Source of the DNA: Coxiellaceae bacterium | GTDB lineage: Bacteria; Pseudomonadota; Gammaproteobacteria; Coxiellales; Coxiellaceae | Direction of reading: 5' to 3' | DNA length: 64,000 bases | Assembly: GCA_035290065.1 (NCBI GenBank) | Contig: DATDVD010000032.1 | Coordinates: 8,737 to 72,736, forward strand | Part shown: positions 8,704 through 16,417 of the stretch, in pieces | Layout of the letters: every line of letters starts with the position of its first letter | How positions within the stretch are numbered: position 1 is the first letter of the stretch | Translations under genes and position numbers: made by a program | Notes under the pieces: model-generated | The model's database searches: none | Told to the model about the DNA's origin: nothing | The model's input: only the letters and a program-made list of their open reading frames with translations

Positions 8704-10482
8704 ATGTCGAAGGATGATTTTTTAGAACATCCCGGTAACCAACCCGATGATAAAAGGCCTGAAGAGAAAACTCCTTCCTCTTTTGACAGAGCCGTACAAA
8801 ATGTGCCTAGCCCAGGCGAAACAGATCCTTCCCGAGACACGGTTCATCGAGGCCTCCATGTTCAACAAGCCACCCCTGCGGAACAAATGGTTCCCACAAA
8901 ACCTGGCAGGCCTCGCTCGATAGCCACGGAAACTTCCACTCCTGAAACCAATAAACTCCCCGCTTCTTCCTCGCCGTCATCGGACGCACCGAGTCCCCAA
9001 ACAACCCCTACGGGAATAGAAGCCACGGAAACTTCCACTCCTTCTGCCACACAAACATTCACCGGACGCCCAGCAGACACCTCTATAGGTGAACGCCCTA
9101 GCCCTCCTGGCACATTCTCCCGTGGCGAAGAAGGCTCCGAAACTCAACCCTTATTCTCGTCTATGCCCACCGACACTGCTTCCCCTGCTCCGTCAGAGGG
9201 AGAGGCTACTCCCACCAGCCCTATCACCTCCACGGCTACTTCTCTTGAGGAAACTACTCCACAAAATGGAAGTACCAGCAATACAGCTGCTTCTCTTGAG
9301 GAAACTACTTCCCCAAATGAAAGCACCGGCAATGAGGGCAATGAAAATGAAGGTGCGAATAACGACGGTGGGAACAGTGACGACGAAGGACAAACATTTA
9401 TTGGAACAGAGTCAACCGATACCCTTACCGGGACACCGTGGGCCGATATTATTGAAGGCCGGGGCGGTAATGACACCCTCACAGGCGAAGCAGGAGACGA
9501 CCTTATCCAAGGAGAAGCGGGCCTGGATACGCTCAAAGGCGGGGAAGGCAATGATACCTTGCAAGGCGGCAGCGACAATGACCTTTTATATGGCGAAGAA
9601 GGCAACGACATTCTCGAAGGCGGATCAGGAAATGATACCCTTCAAGGTGGCGAAGGCAGCGATACATTGTCTGGAGGAGAAGGTAAGGACACTCTCCAAG
9701 GAGAGGGAGGAAAAGATATCCTTCACGGCGGTGACGATAACGACACAGTGGAAGGAGGAGAAGGAGACGATACCCTCTATGGGGAGGGCGGCAAGGATAC
9801 CCTTAAAGGAGGCACAGGCCATGACACACTCGAAGGAGGAGAAAATAATGACACCTTGTATGGAGACGAAGGAGACGACACGCTTCAAGGAGATGCTGGT
9901 AAAGATACTCTTCGCGGCGGCTCTGGTCGTGATATTTTAACCGGGGGCGAAGACGATGATACTCTTTACGGAAACGAAGGAGATGACACACTTCAAGGAG
10001 ACGCGGCCAAAGACACTCTTCGCGGCGGCGCCGGCAATGACCGCTTAGAAGGCGGTGCTGATGCTGATACTTTATACGGCGAAGAAGGCAACGACATTTT
10101 AGAAGGAGGTGAAGGAAAAGATACCCTCCGAGGGGGGGAAGGGAATGACACCCTCTACGGCAATCAAGGAAACGATACCCTTTATGGAGAGGAAGGCTCC
10201 GATTCTTTTGTCTTTGGCGTAGGTGCTGGCAATGACACAGTGGCAGGCGGTAAAGGTGGCGGCTGGACCGATACGATTCGCCTGGAAGGAATAAGCAATG
10301 GTCCCTCCGTTAAGCTCGGCGGCGAAGGTACCTGGATATTAGAATTAGATAAGAAAAGCCCCGATTACACGATCGACCAGGAAAATCACGTCCTGGAATT
10401 TAAAGGCGAAGGAAGCGGCACCATTACCCTTTCCGATGGGAGCGAACTGGACTTTAAAGACATCGAACGGATTGAGTGGTAG
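8704..10482 (+). CDS. RTX-repeat calcium-binding protein, probable type I secretion substrate
   Basis: I prefer the ATG at 8704 (MSKDDF...) because AAGGAG lies 7 nt upstream; the listed ORF start at 8623 has no SD. The N-terminal ~250 aa are P/S/T/E-rich and low in complexity. They are followed by 28 consecutive GGxGxDxLx nonapeptides and a ~90-aa acidic C-terminal tail ending ...DFKDIERIEW. Confidence 0.88.
   Translation: MSKDDFLEHPGNQPDDKRPEEKTPSSFDRAVQNVPSPGETDPSRDTVHRGLHVQQATPAEQMVPTKPGRPRSIATETSTPETNKLPASSSPSSDAPSPQTTPTGIEATETSTPSATQTFTGRPADTSIGERPSPPGTFSRGEEGSETQPLFSSMPTDTASPAPSEGEATPTSPITSTATSLEETTPQNGSTSNTAASLEETTSPNESTGNEGNENEGANNDGGNSDDEGQTFIGTESTDTLTGTPWADIIEGRGGNDTLTGEAGDDLIQGEAGLDTLKGGEGNDTLQGGSDNDLLYGEEGNDILEGGSGNDTLQGGEGSDTLSGGEGKDTLQGEGGKDILHGGDDNDTVEGGEGDDTLYGEGGKDTLKGGTGHDTLEGGENNDTLYGDEGDDTLQGDAGKDTLRGGSGRDILTGGEDDDTLYGNEGDDTLQGDAAKDTLRGGAGNDRLEGGADADTLYGEEGNDILEGGEGKDTLRGGEGNDTLYGNQGNDTLYGEEGSDSFVFGVGAGNDTVAGGKGGGWTDTIRLEGISNGPSVKLGGEGTWILELDKKSPDYTIDQENHVLEFKGEGSGTITLSDGSELDFKDIERIEW
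9457..10212 (+). repeat. 28 uninterrupted 27-bp (nonapeptide GGxGxDxLx) RTX repeats, including a 108-bp higher-order duplication (9835-9942 / 9943-10050)
   Basis: I counted the repeats directly from GRGGNDTLT through GEEGSDSFV. The 36-aa units GGENNDTLYGDEGDDTLQGDAGKDTLRGGSGRDILT and GGEDDDTLYGNEGDDTLQGDAAKDTLRGGAGNDRLE are adjacent. Confidence 0.95.
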
Positions 10483-10510
10483 AAGCGTCTACAACCCATT
10501 ATAATGAATC

Positions 10511-11155
10511 ATGCTACGTACTCTTTTAACATTACCGGATCAGGCAGACCGTCTATTACTGCATTCGTGTTGCGCACCGTGTTCAGGCGAAGTGATGGAA
10601 GCGCTTTTAGCCTCGGGTATTCATTACACGATCTTTTTTTATAATCCCAATATTCATCCCCAACAAGAATACGAAATCCGCAAAAACGAAAACATTCGAT
10701 TTGCTGAAAAACACAGCGTTCCCTTTGTGGATGCCGATTATGATCGCGACCGTTGGTTTGAACGCGCCCGTGGCATGGAATACGAACCAGAGCGGGGACG
10801 CCGATGCACGATGTGTTTTGATATGCGATTTGAACGCACCGCGCTATATGCCCATGAAAATGGTTTCCCGGTTATCACCAGCTCTCTTGGCATCTCACGT
10901 TGGAAAAATATGGAACAGATTAATGAGTGTGGTATTCGCGCAGCCTCGAAATATCCGTCTTTAACGTATTGGACTTATAATTGGCGCAAAGAAGGCGGTT
11001 CTCAACGCATGATTGAAATTTCTAAGCGTGAACAGTTTTATCAGCAAGAATATTGCGGCTGTGTCTATTCGTTGCGAGACACCAATCGTTGGCGCATACA
11101 GAATCAACGCGAGCGTATCAAAATGGGTATTAACTATTACGGAATAGGAAAATGA
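10511..11155 (+). CDS. queH: epoxyqueuosine reductase QueH (DUF208)
   Basis: [14 protein letters not shown], the YNPNIHP block and the C-terminal [10 protein letters not shown] cysteines are characteristic of DUF208/QueH. Confidence 0.82.
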   Translation: MLRTLLTLPDQADRLLLHSCCAPCSGEVMEALLASGIHYTIFFYNPNIHPQQEYEIRKNENIRFAEKHSVPFVDADYDRDRWFERARGMEYEPERGRRCTMCFDMRFERTALYAHENGFPVITSSLGISRWKNMEQINECGIRAASKYPSLTYWTYNWRKEGGSQRMIEISKREQFYQQEYCGCVYSLRDTNRWRIQNQRERIKMGINYYGIGK

Positions 11156-11670
11156 CAGTTATTATTAGCCAAAACGTTGCCGTGTTAGTCGATGGCAATA
11201 ACATTGAACGCAGTATTCACGACCTATGCGGTGATGTGGGAGCTATGTTGAATTTTGATAAATTAATTCCCAAATTAATTGGTAATCGTTCCCTCAATCG
11301 ATTAGTGTATTTTCGAGAAGGTCGGCAAATTTCAGAAAAATTGGCAGAACGATTACACAGTTTATTTCATGGTTCGGTACAACCCTGTCACAAGAGTGCG
11401 GATATTCCACTTTCCATTAAAGCCATGCAGCTTGCGAACAAAGTCGATACGATTATTATTATGTCCGGGGATTCCGATTATGTGGAATTGGTGCGGCATT
11501 TAAAATCAGACGGGGTGCGCGTTGAAATTGCAGCCGTTTCCACAACGACTTCCTCGGTGCTCATGGAGGAAGCGGATCACTTTCACGCTATTGTGCAAGA
11601 AGATTGGTTTACCTTAAGCGGAAAAAATAGCAGCCGAAAAAATCCCCGCCATAATCCTAAGCGGGATTAA
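11152..11670 (+). CDS. NYN-domain (LabA-like) protein
   Basis: [11 protein letters not shown] at the N-terminus and [26 protein letters not shown] match the NYN/LabA PIN-like nuclease fold. The start overlaps the queH stop (ATGA). Confidence 0.7.
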   Translation: MTVIISQNVAVLVDGNNIERSIHDLCGDVGAMLNFDKLIPKLIGNRSLNRLVYFREGRQISEKLAERLHSLFHGSVQPCHKSADIPLSIKAMQLANKVDTIIIMSGDSDYVELVRHLKSDGVRVEIAAVSTTTSSVLMEEADHFHAIVQEDWFTLSGKNSSRKNPRHNPKRD

Positions 11671-11758
11671 ACCGTGAAAAAATAGCGCAAGGCATCCAAA
11701 AACTTTGCTTCAAAATGTTCACAAAATACACAAAATAGGTGGGATCTTCTGTGAACAG

Positions 11759-11787
11759 TAGACATTGTCGCCTTCTATGCCTAGAAT
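11759..11787 (+). promoter_or_regulatory. candidate sigma70 promoter (TAGACA-17 nt-TAGAAT) ending 6 nt before the aroQ ATG
   Basis: -35 TAGACA at 11759-11764 and -10 TAGAAT at 11782-11787, with a 17-nt spacer. No SD is visible before the ATG at 11794, so the transcript could be leaderless. Confidence 0.35.
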
Positions 11788-11793
11788 GGCGCG

Positions 11794-12258
11794 ATGGCAC
11801 GTTTATTAGTCTTACATGGTCCTAATTTAAATTTGCTGGGATCCCGGGAGCCTATGCTCTATGGCAACACGCCCTTAACAGCAATCGATCAAGCGCTTAA
11901 ATTAGAAGCGGAAGCCCTGGGCCATCAAATTCAGAGTATTCAGAGCAACGCCGAAGATAAATTGGTGGATGCCATTCAAAGTGCAAAAAAATTTAATGTG
12001 GATTGTATTCTGATCAATCCGGCGGCCTTTACTCATACGAGTATTGCCATTCGAGATGCCTTGCTAGCGGTTCAAATTCCTACGATTGAAGTGCACCTCA
12101 CTATTCCCGAAGCACGAGAACCGTTTCGGCACACGTCATTAATTGCGGATATTGTGATAGGCCGCATCCAAGGGTTTGGCGCATTTTCTTACGAATTGGC
12201 GCTAAGCGCCGCCCACCAATTTTTGCAAACCCAACTCCTGAACGAGGAAACACGCTAA
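11794..12258 (+). CDS. aroQ: type II 3-dehydroquinate dehydratase
   Basis: [21 protein letters not shown] at the N-terminus and the [15 protein letters not shown] block. Confidence 0.92.
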   Translation: MARLLVLHGPNLNLLGSREPMLYGNTPLTAIDQALKLEAEALGHQIQSIQSNAEDKLVDAIQSAKKFNVDCILINPAAFTHTSIAIRDALLAVQIPTIEVHLTIPEAREPFRHTSLIADIVIGRIQGFGAFSYELALSAAHQFLQTQLLNEETR

Positions 12259-12728
12259 TGGATATTCGTACCATTAAAAAATTAATCGAACTGATCAATG
12301 AAACCGGTGTCGGCGAAATCGAAGTCACTAGCAAAGAAGGGGATGCTGTCCGCATTAGTCGACACATGGGAACCACTCCTTTGTATATGCCAACACCTCC
12401 TCCCGCTGTGGTTGCCGCGCTGCCGATGAATGAAAAAGCGCAGCCGGGCAAAACGGAGCACTCTCCTAAAAAAGAAGTGCCAGAAGGACACACGGTTAAA
12501 TCCCCAATGGTAGGAACCGTTTATTTAGCCTCCAAACCCGGCGCTAAACCCTTTGTGGAAGTAGGCCAACGCGTAAGCGCAGGCGACACGCTGTGTATTA
12601 TTGAAGCCATGAAAATGTTTAACGAGATTGAAGCGGACGTATCGGGTGTATTGAGCGCTCGTTTAATTGAAAATCAACATCCCGTAGAGTTTGATCAACC
12701 TCTTTTTGTAATCGACACAGATGCCTAA
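12258..12728 (+). CDS. accB: acetyl-CoA carboxylase biotin carboxyl carrier protein
   Basis: Biotinylation motif [13 protein letters not shown] and a Pro/Ala linker. TAATG overlap with aroQ. Confidence 0.92.
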   Translation: MDIRTIKKLIELINETGVGEIEVTSKEGDAVRISRHMGTTPLYMPTPPPAVVAALPMNEKAQPGKTEHSPKKEVPEGHTVKSPMVGTVYLASKPGAKPFVEVGQRVSAGDTLCIIEAMKMFNEIEADVSGVLSARLIENQHPVEFDQPLFVIDTDA

Positions 12729-12733
12729 TCATT

Positions 12734-14089
12734 ATGTTTAAGAAAATTTTAATTGCCAATCGGGGTGAAATTGCCCTGCGAATTTTAAGGGCGTGCAAAG
12801 AAATGGGTATTGAAACCGTGGCCATTTATTCCACGGCCGATGCTGAATTAATGCACGTACGGTTAGCCGATGAAACCGTCTGTATTGGACCGCCCAATAG
12901 CGCGGAAAGTTATCTGAATATTCCTGCTGTTATTTCAGCCGCGGAAATCACGGATGCAGATGCACTGCATCCAGGCTATGGTTTTTTGGCAGAAAATGCG
13001 GATTTTGCAGAACGCGTGCAAGAATCGGGCTTTACGTTTATTGGCCCTGCTCCAGAAACTATTCGCCTAATGGGCAATAAAGTGTCTGCGATTCACACGA
13101 TGCGAAAAGCCGGTATTCCCTGTATTCCAGGTTCAAACGGTGCATTAGGAAACGATGAACCACACAATTTAAAACTGGCTAATCAAATTGGCTATCCCGT
13201 CATTATTAAAGCCGCAGGCGGTGGTGGCGGACGAGGCATGCGTGTCGTGCGGGCCGATAACGAGCTGATTAATGCTATTGCAATGACAAAAACGGAAGCC
13301 CAAGCAGCTTTCGGTACCGATGAAGTGTACATGGAAAAATTCTTAGAAAATCCGCGCCATATTGAGATTCAGATATTAGCGGATGGACAAGGACATGCCA
13401 TTCATTTAGGCGAACGAGATTGCTCACTGCAACGACGCCATCAAAAAGTATTGGAAGAAGCTCCTGCACCCGGTATTACCGAAGAACAACGTCAAAAAAT
13501 TGGCCGCCGGTGTGCAGAAGCTTGCATAGAAATTAATTATCGCGGCGTAGGGACGTTTGAATTTTTATACGAAAACGATGAATTCTATTTTATCGAAATG
13601 AATACGCGTATCCAGGTGGAACATCCTGTCACAGAATTGATTACGGGTGTGGATTTAATTAAAGAACATATTAAAGTGGCCTCGGGTTTGCCACTGACAT
13701 TAACGCAAGACGATATTCGTATTAAAGGGCACGCCATTGAATGCCGCATTAATGCAGAAGATCCTAATAATTTCTTACCATGCCCTGGATTAGTCAGTAT
13801 GTATCATGCGCCGGGTGGGCCGGGTATTCGAATGGATTCTCATCTTTACAGTGGTTATAAAGTGCCGCCCTATTACGATTCTTTAATTGGAAAATTAATT
13901 GCTTATGGGGAAACCCGTGAAATGGCGCTACGTCGCATGCACAATGCACTGCATGAAATTGTGGTGGATGGTATTAAAACCAATATTCCCCTGCATCATA
14001 AATTAGTGCAAGATGAGCAGTTTAAACGCGGCGGCGTGAATATTCATTATCTTGAGAAGAAATTAAAGGCGGAGAAGGAAGGGCTCTAA
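12734..14089 (+). CDS. accC: acetyl-CoA carboxylase biotin carboxylase subunit
   Basis: [20 protein letters not shown] start, ATP-grasp blocks ([28 protein letters not shown]), 451 aa. Confidence 0.95.
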   Translation: MFKKILIANRGEIALRILRACKEMGIETVAIYSTADAELMHVRLADETVCIGPPNSAESYLNIPAVISAAEITDADALHPGYGFLAENADFAERVQESGFTFIGPAPETIRLMGNKVSAIHTMRKAGIPCIPGSNGALGNDEPHNLKLANQIGYPVIIKAAGGGGGRGMRVVRADNELINAIAMTKTEAQAAFGTDEVYMEKFLENPRHIEIQILADGQGHAIHLGERDCSLQRRHQKVLEEAPAPGITEEQRQKIGRRCAEACIEINYRGVGTFEFLYENDEFYFIEMNTRIQVEHPVTELITGVDLIKEHIKVASGLPLTLTQDDIRIKGHAIECRINAEDPNNFLPCPGLVSMYHAPGGPGIRMDSHLYSGYKVPPYYDSLIGKLIAYGETREMALRRMHNALHEIVVDGIKTNIPLHHKLVQDEQFKRGGVNIHYLEKKLKAEKEGL

Positions 14090-14844
14090 GAAATTAATTC
14101 CATGGGCGGTAATGAAAGTTGGTATTTTGCGTGAAATTGCCCGCCCCCTGCAATCACCCGTTTCCCTGACCCTAAATCAACCCGTGAAAGATCAATCGAT
14201 TGAAGCCATTCGTGGTGATGCGCTTCTGCTAAAAATAAAAATAACCGCTTTACTTTAACGGACGTACAATCTTCTAATAACGATTGAACCAACAAAGGCC
14301 GTAATGTTTTTACATGGCCCATCAATTGCACAACTTTCTCATAATCCATTTTATTGGGCACCAAATATAAAACTTCCATCACCGCCCGTTCCAGGGTTGA
14401 GATTTTTATCTCAAAATCACCTGCTTGAAAACGCTCAATTCCTAAACGACGATTATGGTTAAATAAGTTAGTTTTAAAGGTGCGAAACCGTCTGCCCCAC
14501 TCCGTTTGTTTAAACCAGCGGGGGATTTTTTCCTCGGGTACCGCAAAGAGCATGACAGGATCCATCTCTAAAAAAGAAAGTTTTTTAATGTAATACTGAA
14601 AGGCACTTAAGCCACCAATATGAACACAGCCATTTAAATGGGTTTGAATGGCGTATAAGCCACCCAAATAATTGATGGGATCCTTAGCTTGGGCATAAGC
14701 CCCATTGGAAAGCCGGTTTAAAAGACCGGATCGAACATAGTTATCAGCTAATTGACGGTAAATACCGAAAGAGGCGAGCCAGGGGAGTACCGCCACTGTC
14801 CCTTGTGGCCAATGATCCATCATCTGTTTGAGCTTCCTACCCAT
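14086..14844 (-). CDS. AbiEi-family (type IV toxin-antitoxin antitoxin-like) domain protein, solo
   Basis: The N-terminal winged-helix-like segment ([36 protein letters not shown]) and the C-terminal block [18 protein letters not shown]...[22 protein letters not shown] resemble AbiEi_3/4 family proteins as I remember them. No AbiEii nucleotidyltransferase lies adjacent. Confidence 0.5.
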   Translation of the reverse strand: MGRKLKQMMDHWPQGTVAVLPWLASFGIYRQLADNYVRSGLLNRLSNGAYAQAKDPINYLGGLYAIQTHLNGCVHIGGLSAFQYYIKKLSFLEMDPVMLFAVPEEKIPRWFKQTEWGRRFRTFKTNLFNHNRRLGIERFQAGDFEIKISTLERAVMEVLYLVPNKMDYEKVVQLMGHVKTLRPLLVQSLLEDCTSVKVKRLFLFLAEAHHHEWLQSIDLSRVDLGSGKRVIAGGGQFHAKYQLSLPPMELIS

Positions 14845-14939
14845 ATTTATCCTTTATCGATCAAACCCGTTTCCTTGAGTAACTGCTGGACAAAATATCA
14901 CTTTACTAAACAAAATGCAATCCTGTAAGATGCCGGCCT

Positions 14940-15524
14940 ATGGCCATGACACACCCTGAATTTATTGCCTTTGCCGCTCGCCTCGAGGCGATCATCCAAA
15001 ATCCTGGTCTGTTTGAGCAGCCTCGAGAGGCTCTTGAGGCTCAAGTAGCCGGCTTAGATCCCGAGTTAAACCGGTTAAGTGCGGAACAGGTCATCGCTCT
15101 AAAAAAGCACGTGCCAACCCCCTTTGATGTCGCCATAGCTTCTATTCGACTGGAGTGTACAGCAGAACGATTTTTCGATCATCTTAAACTAGCTGGTATA
15201 TTTTTACTGGGGGTTATAGGTACGTATGGGTTTAACCGACTAGCCTGCGACTTTATCGTTAGAAGAAAAGGCAGCGCGGAGTGTGAACCGACTTGCTTAT
15301 CGATAAACCCTCTTCTTCCTATCTTCCTTGGCTTAGTCCTCGTATTAGCCTCCACCTTAGTGCCTACTGCTTCCCGCCGCTCGCTCACGGCAAAAATGGA
15401 ACGTTTAGAGACTCAAATACTCTTATACCAAGCTTTTCAAAGAGTGATCGAAGAAAAATTAAACACTCGGTTAAATAGGCTACAAGAAGAAGCTTCTTCC
15501 ACTGCTCCCCGAAGCAGGCGTTAA
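14940..15524 (+). CDS. hypothetical protein with a central two-helix hydrophobic hairpin
   Basis: 194-aa ORF with visibly higher GC than its surroundings. Hydrophobic stretches are LAGIFLLGVIGTYGF and LLPIFLGLVLVLASTLV. The C-terminus reads ...LQEEASSTAPRSRR. I recognise no family. Confidence 0.5.
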   Translation: MAMTHPEFIAFAARLEAIIQNPGLFEQPREALEAQVAGLDPELNRLSAEQVIALKKHVPTPFDVAIASIRLECTAERFFDHLKLAGIFLLGVIGTYGFNRLACDFIVRRKGSAECEPTCLSINPLLPIFLGLVLVLASTLVPTASRRSLTAKMERLETQILLYQAFQRVIEEKLNTRLNRLQEEASSTAPRSRR

Positions 15525-16294
15525 TTCATGCACGATTCCACATACGTTCGGGCATTATTCAATTCCCACTGCTCATAAATATCATTATATAAATCACAGC
15601 GGCCATCACGAATCAGATGAATACCCCGTATCAGGCGAATTTCTTCCGGGGGCGTTAAGTAGATTTGATTAATGGCATTGAGAAAATCCGGATAATGTTC
15701 ATTGGAATCGTGTAAAATATGATGATCGATATACTGACACGCCAAACGTTTCTGAAAAATTTCTTCCCTTCCATCGGTTTTAGCAATCACAAAACGACTG
15801 GTAAATAAAAAATCCCGAGAAAGTTGAATGGCTCGGAACTCGAGCGGAATAATCCGCTCCGTCATTAAAATAGCGCCTAAGATTTCGTACAAATCACCTT
15901 TTAATTCCATATAGTGCATTTGTTTATTATATTGAATCACCGAACTTAAAGGGCGAGCCCGTTTCAAAACAGCAGGCGTAATATCCAACGCATTTAAAAA
16001 ATGGGATTGCCAAGTGGCATGTGAATTTTCAGGATGCATTTTTCCTTCTGCATCAAACCCTGTTTCATCACACAGATTCCTTCGTAACGATTGAGTCAAA
16101 GGCTCTAATTTTTGTTCTTCAGCAATATCTAATGCCATCGTTAATTGACGAATGAGCTGGGAACGGATAAGGGCTTTCTGGATAATCAAAAGCTTAAATT
16201 GATCCGGATTAATTCGACGCAACATCATACGCCGAATGGCCATGTTCGCCACAACGGATTGCATGGCTTTATTGATCACAGCATGTAAATCCAT
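15521..16294 (-). CDS. hypothetical protein, possible heme-oxygenase-like (PqqC/TenA/CADD-type) helical enzyme
   Basis: AAGGAG SD 7 nt before the ATG. Predicted all-helical. Candidate metal-ligand pattern: CDETG...PENSH, LMTERIIPLEF, IDHHILHDSNEH. Confidence 0.45.
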   Translation of the reverse strand: MDLHAVINKAMQSVVANMAIRRMMLRRINPDQFKLLIIQKALIRSQLIRQLTMALDIAEEQKLEPLTQSLRRNLCDETGFDAEGKMHPENSHATWQSHFLNALDITPAVLKRARPLSSVIQYNKQMHYMELKGDLYEILGAILMTERIIPLEFRAIQLSRDFLFTSRFVIAKTDGREEIFQKRLACQYIDHHILHDSNEHYPDFLNAINQIYLTPPEEIRLIRGIHLIRDGRCDLYNDIYEQWELNNARTYVESCMN

Positions 16295-16389
16295 GGCTGC
16301 AACTCCTTTATTGATGTGAATGAAGATCCTTGAGCAGGTAAAAAACCCAGATCCGTGGCGAGAAGTGCTCGAACAATTCCTGTTGAAAA

Positions 16390-16417
16390 ATTATACGCTA
16401 ATTTTCTTTTGACGCAA
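16390..16417 (-). promoter_or_regulatory. candidate sigma70 promoter (TTGCGT-16 nt-TATAAT) for the 15521-16294 gene
   Basis: On the minus strand the -35 is at 16417-16412 (inside the 3' end of the kinase gene) and a perfect -10 TATAAT is at 16395-16390. Confidence 0.45.

Noticed and set aside
8807-9991. Several long alternative-frame and antisense ORFs inside the RTX gene (for example 9089-9940 +, 9144-9611 -, 8862-9113 -, 9625-9888 -).
   Set aside because: They lie entirely within the GC-rich, repetitive RTX coding region. The codon periodicity (GGN GAN repeats) suppresses stops in other frames. Their translations are low-complexity K/R/S/P-rich strings with no SD or independent start context.
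9457-10212. A regular 27-bp periodic repeat array that could look like a CRISPR or VNTR locus.
   Set aside because: There are no spacers. The units are contiguous, in frame and encode the GGxGxD calcium-binding nonapeptide, so this is a protein-coding RTX block.
16295-16397. Possible terminator or structured RNA between the hybrid kinase stop and the 257-aa gene (CGAG-N5-CTCG and a GGGTTTTTT run on the minus strand).
   Set aside because: The stems are only 3-4 bp and do not directly precede the T-run. The region is better explained as the 5' UTR downstream of the TTGCGT-16-TATAAT promoter.
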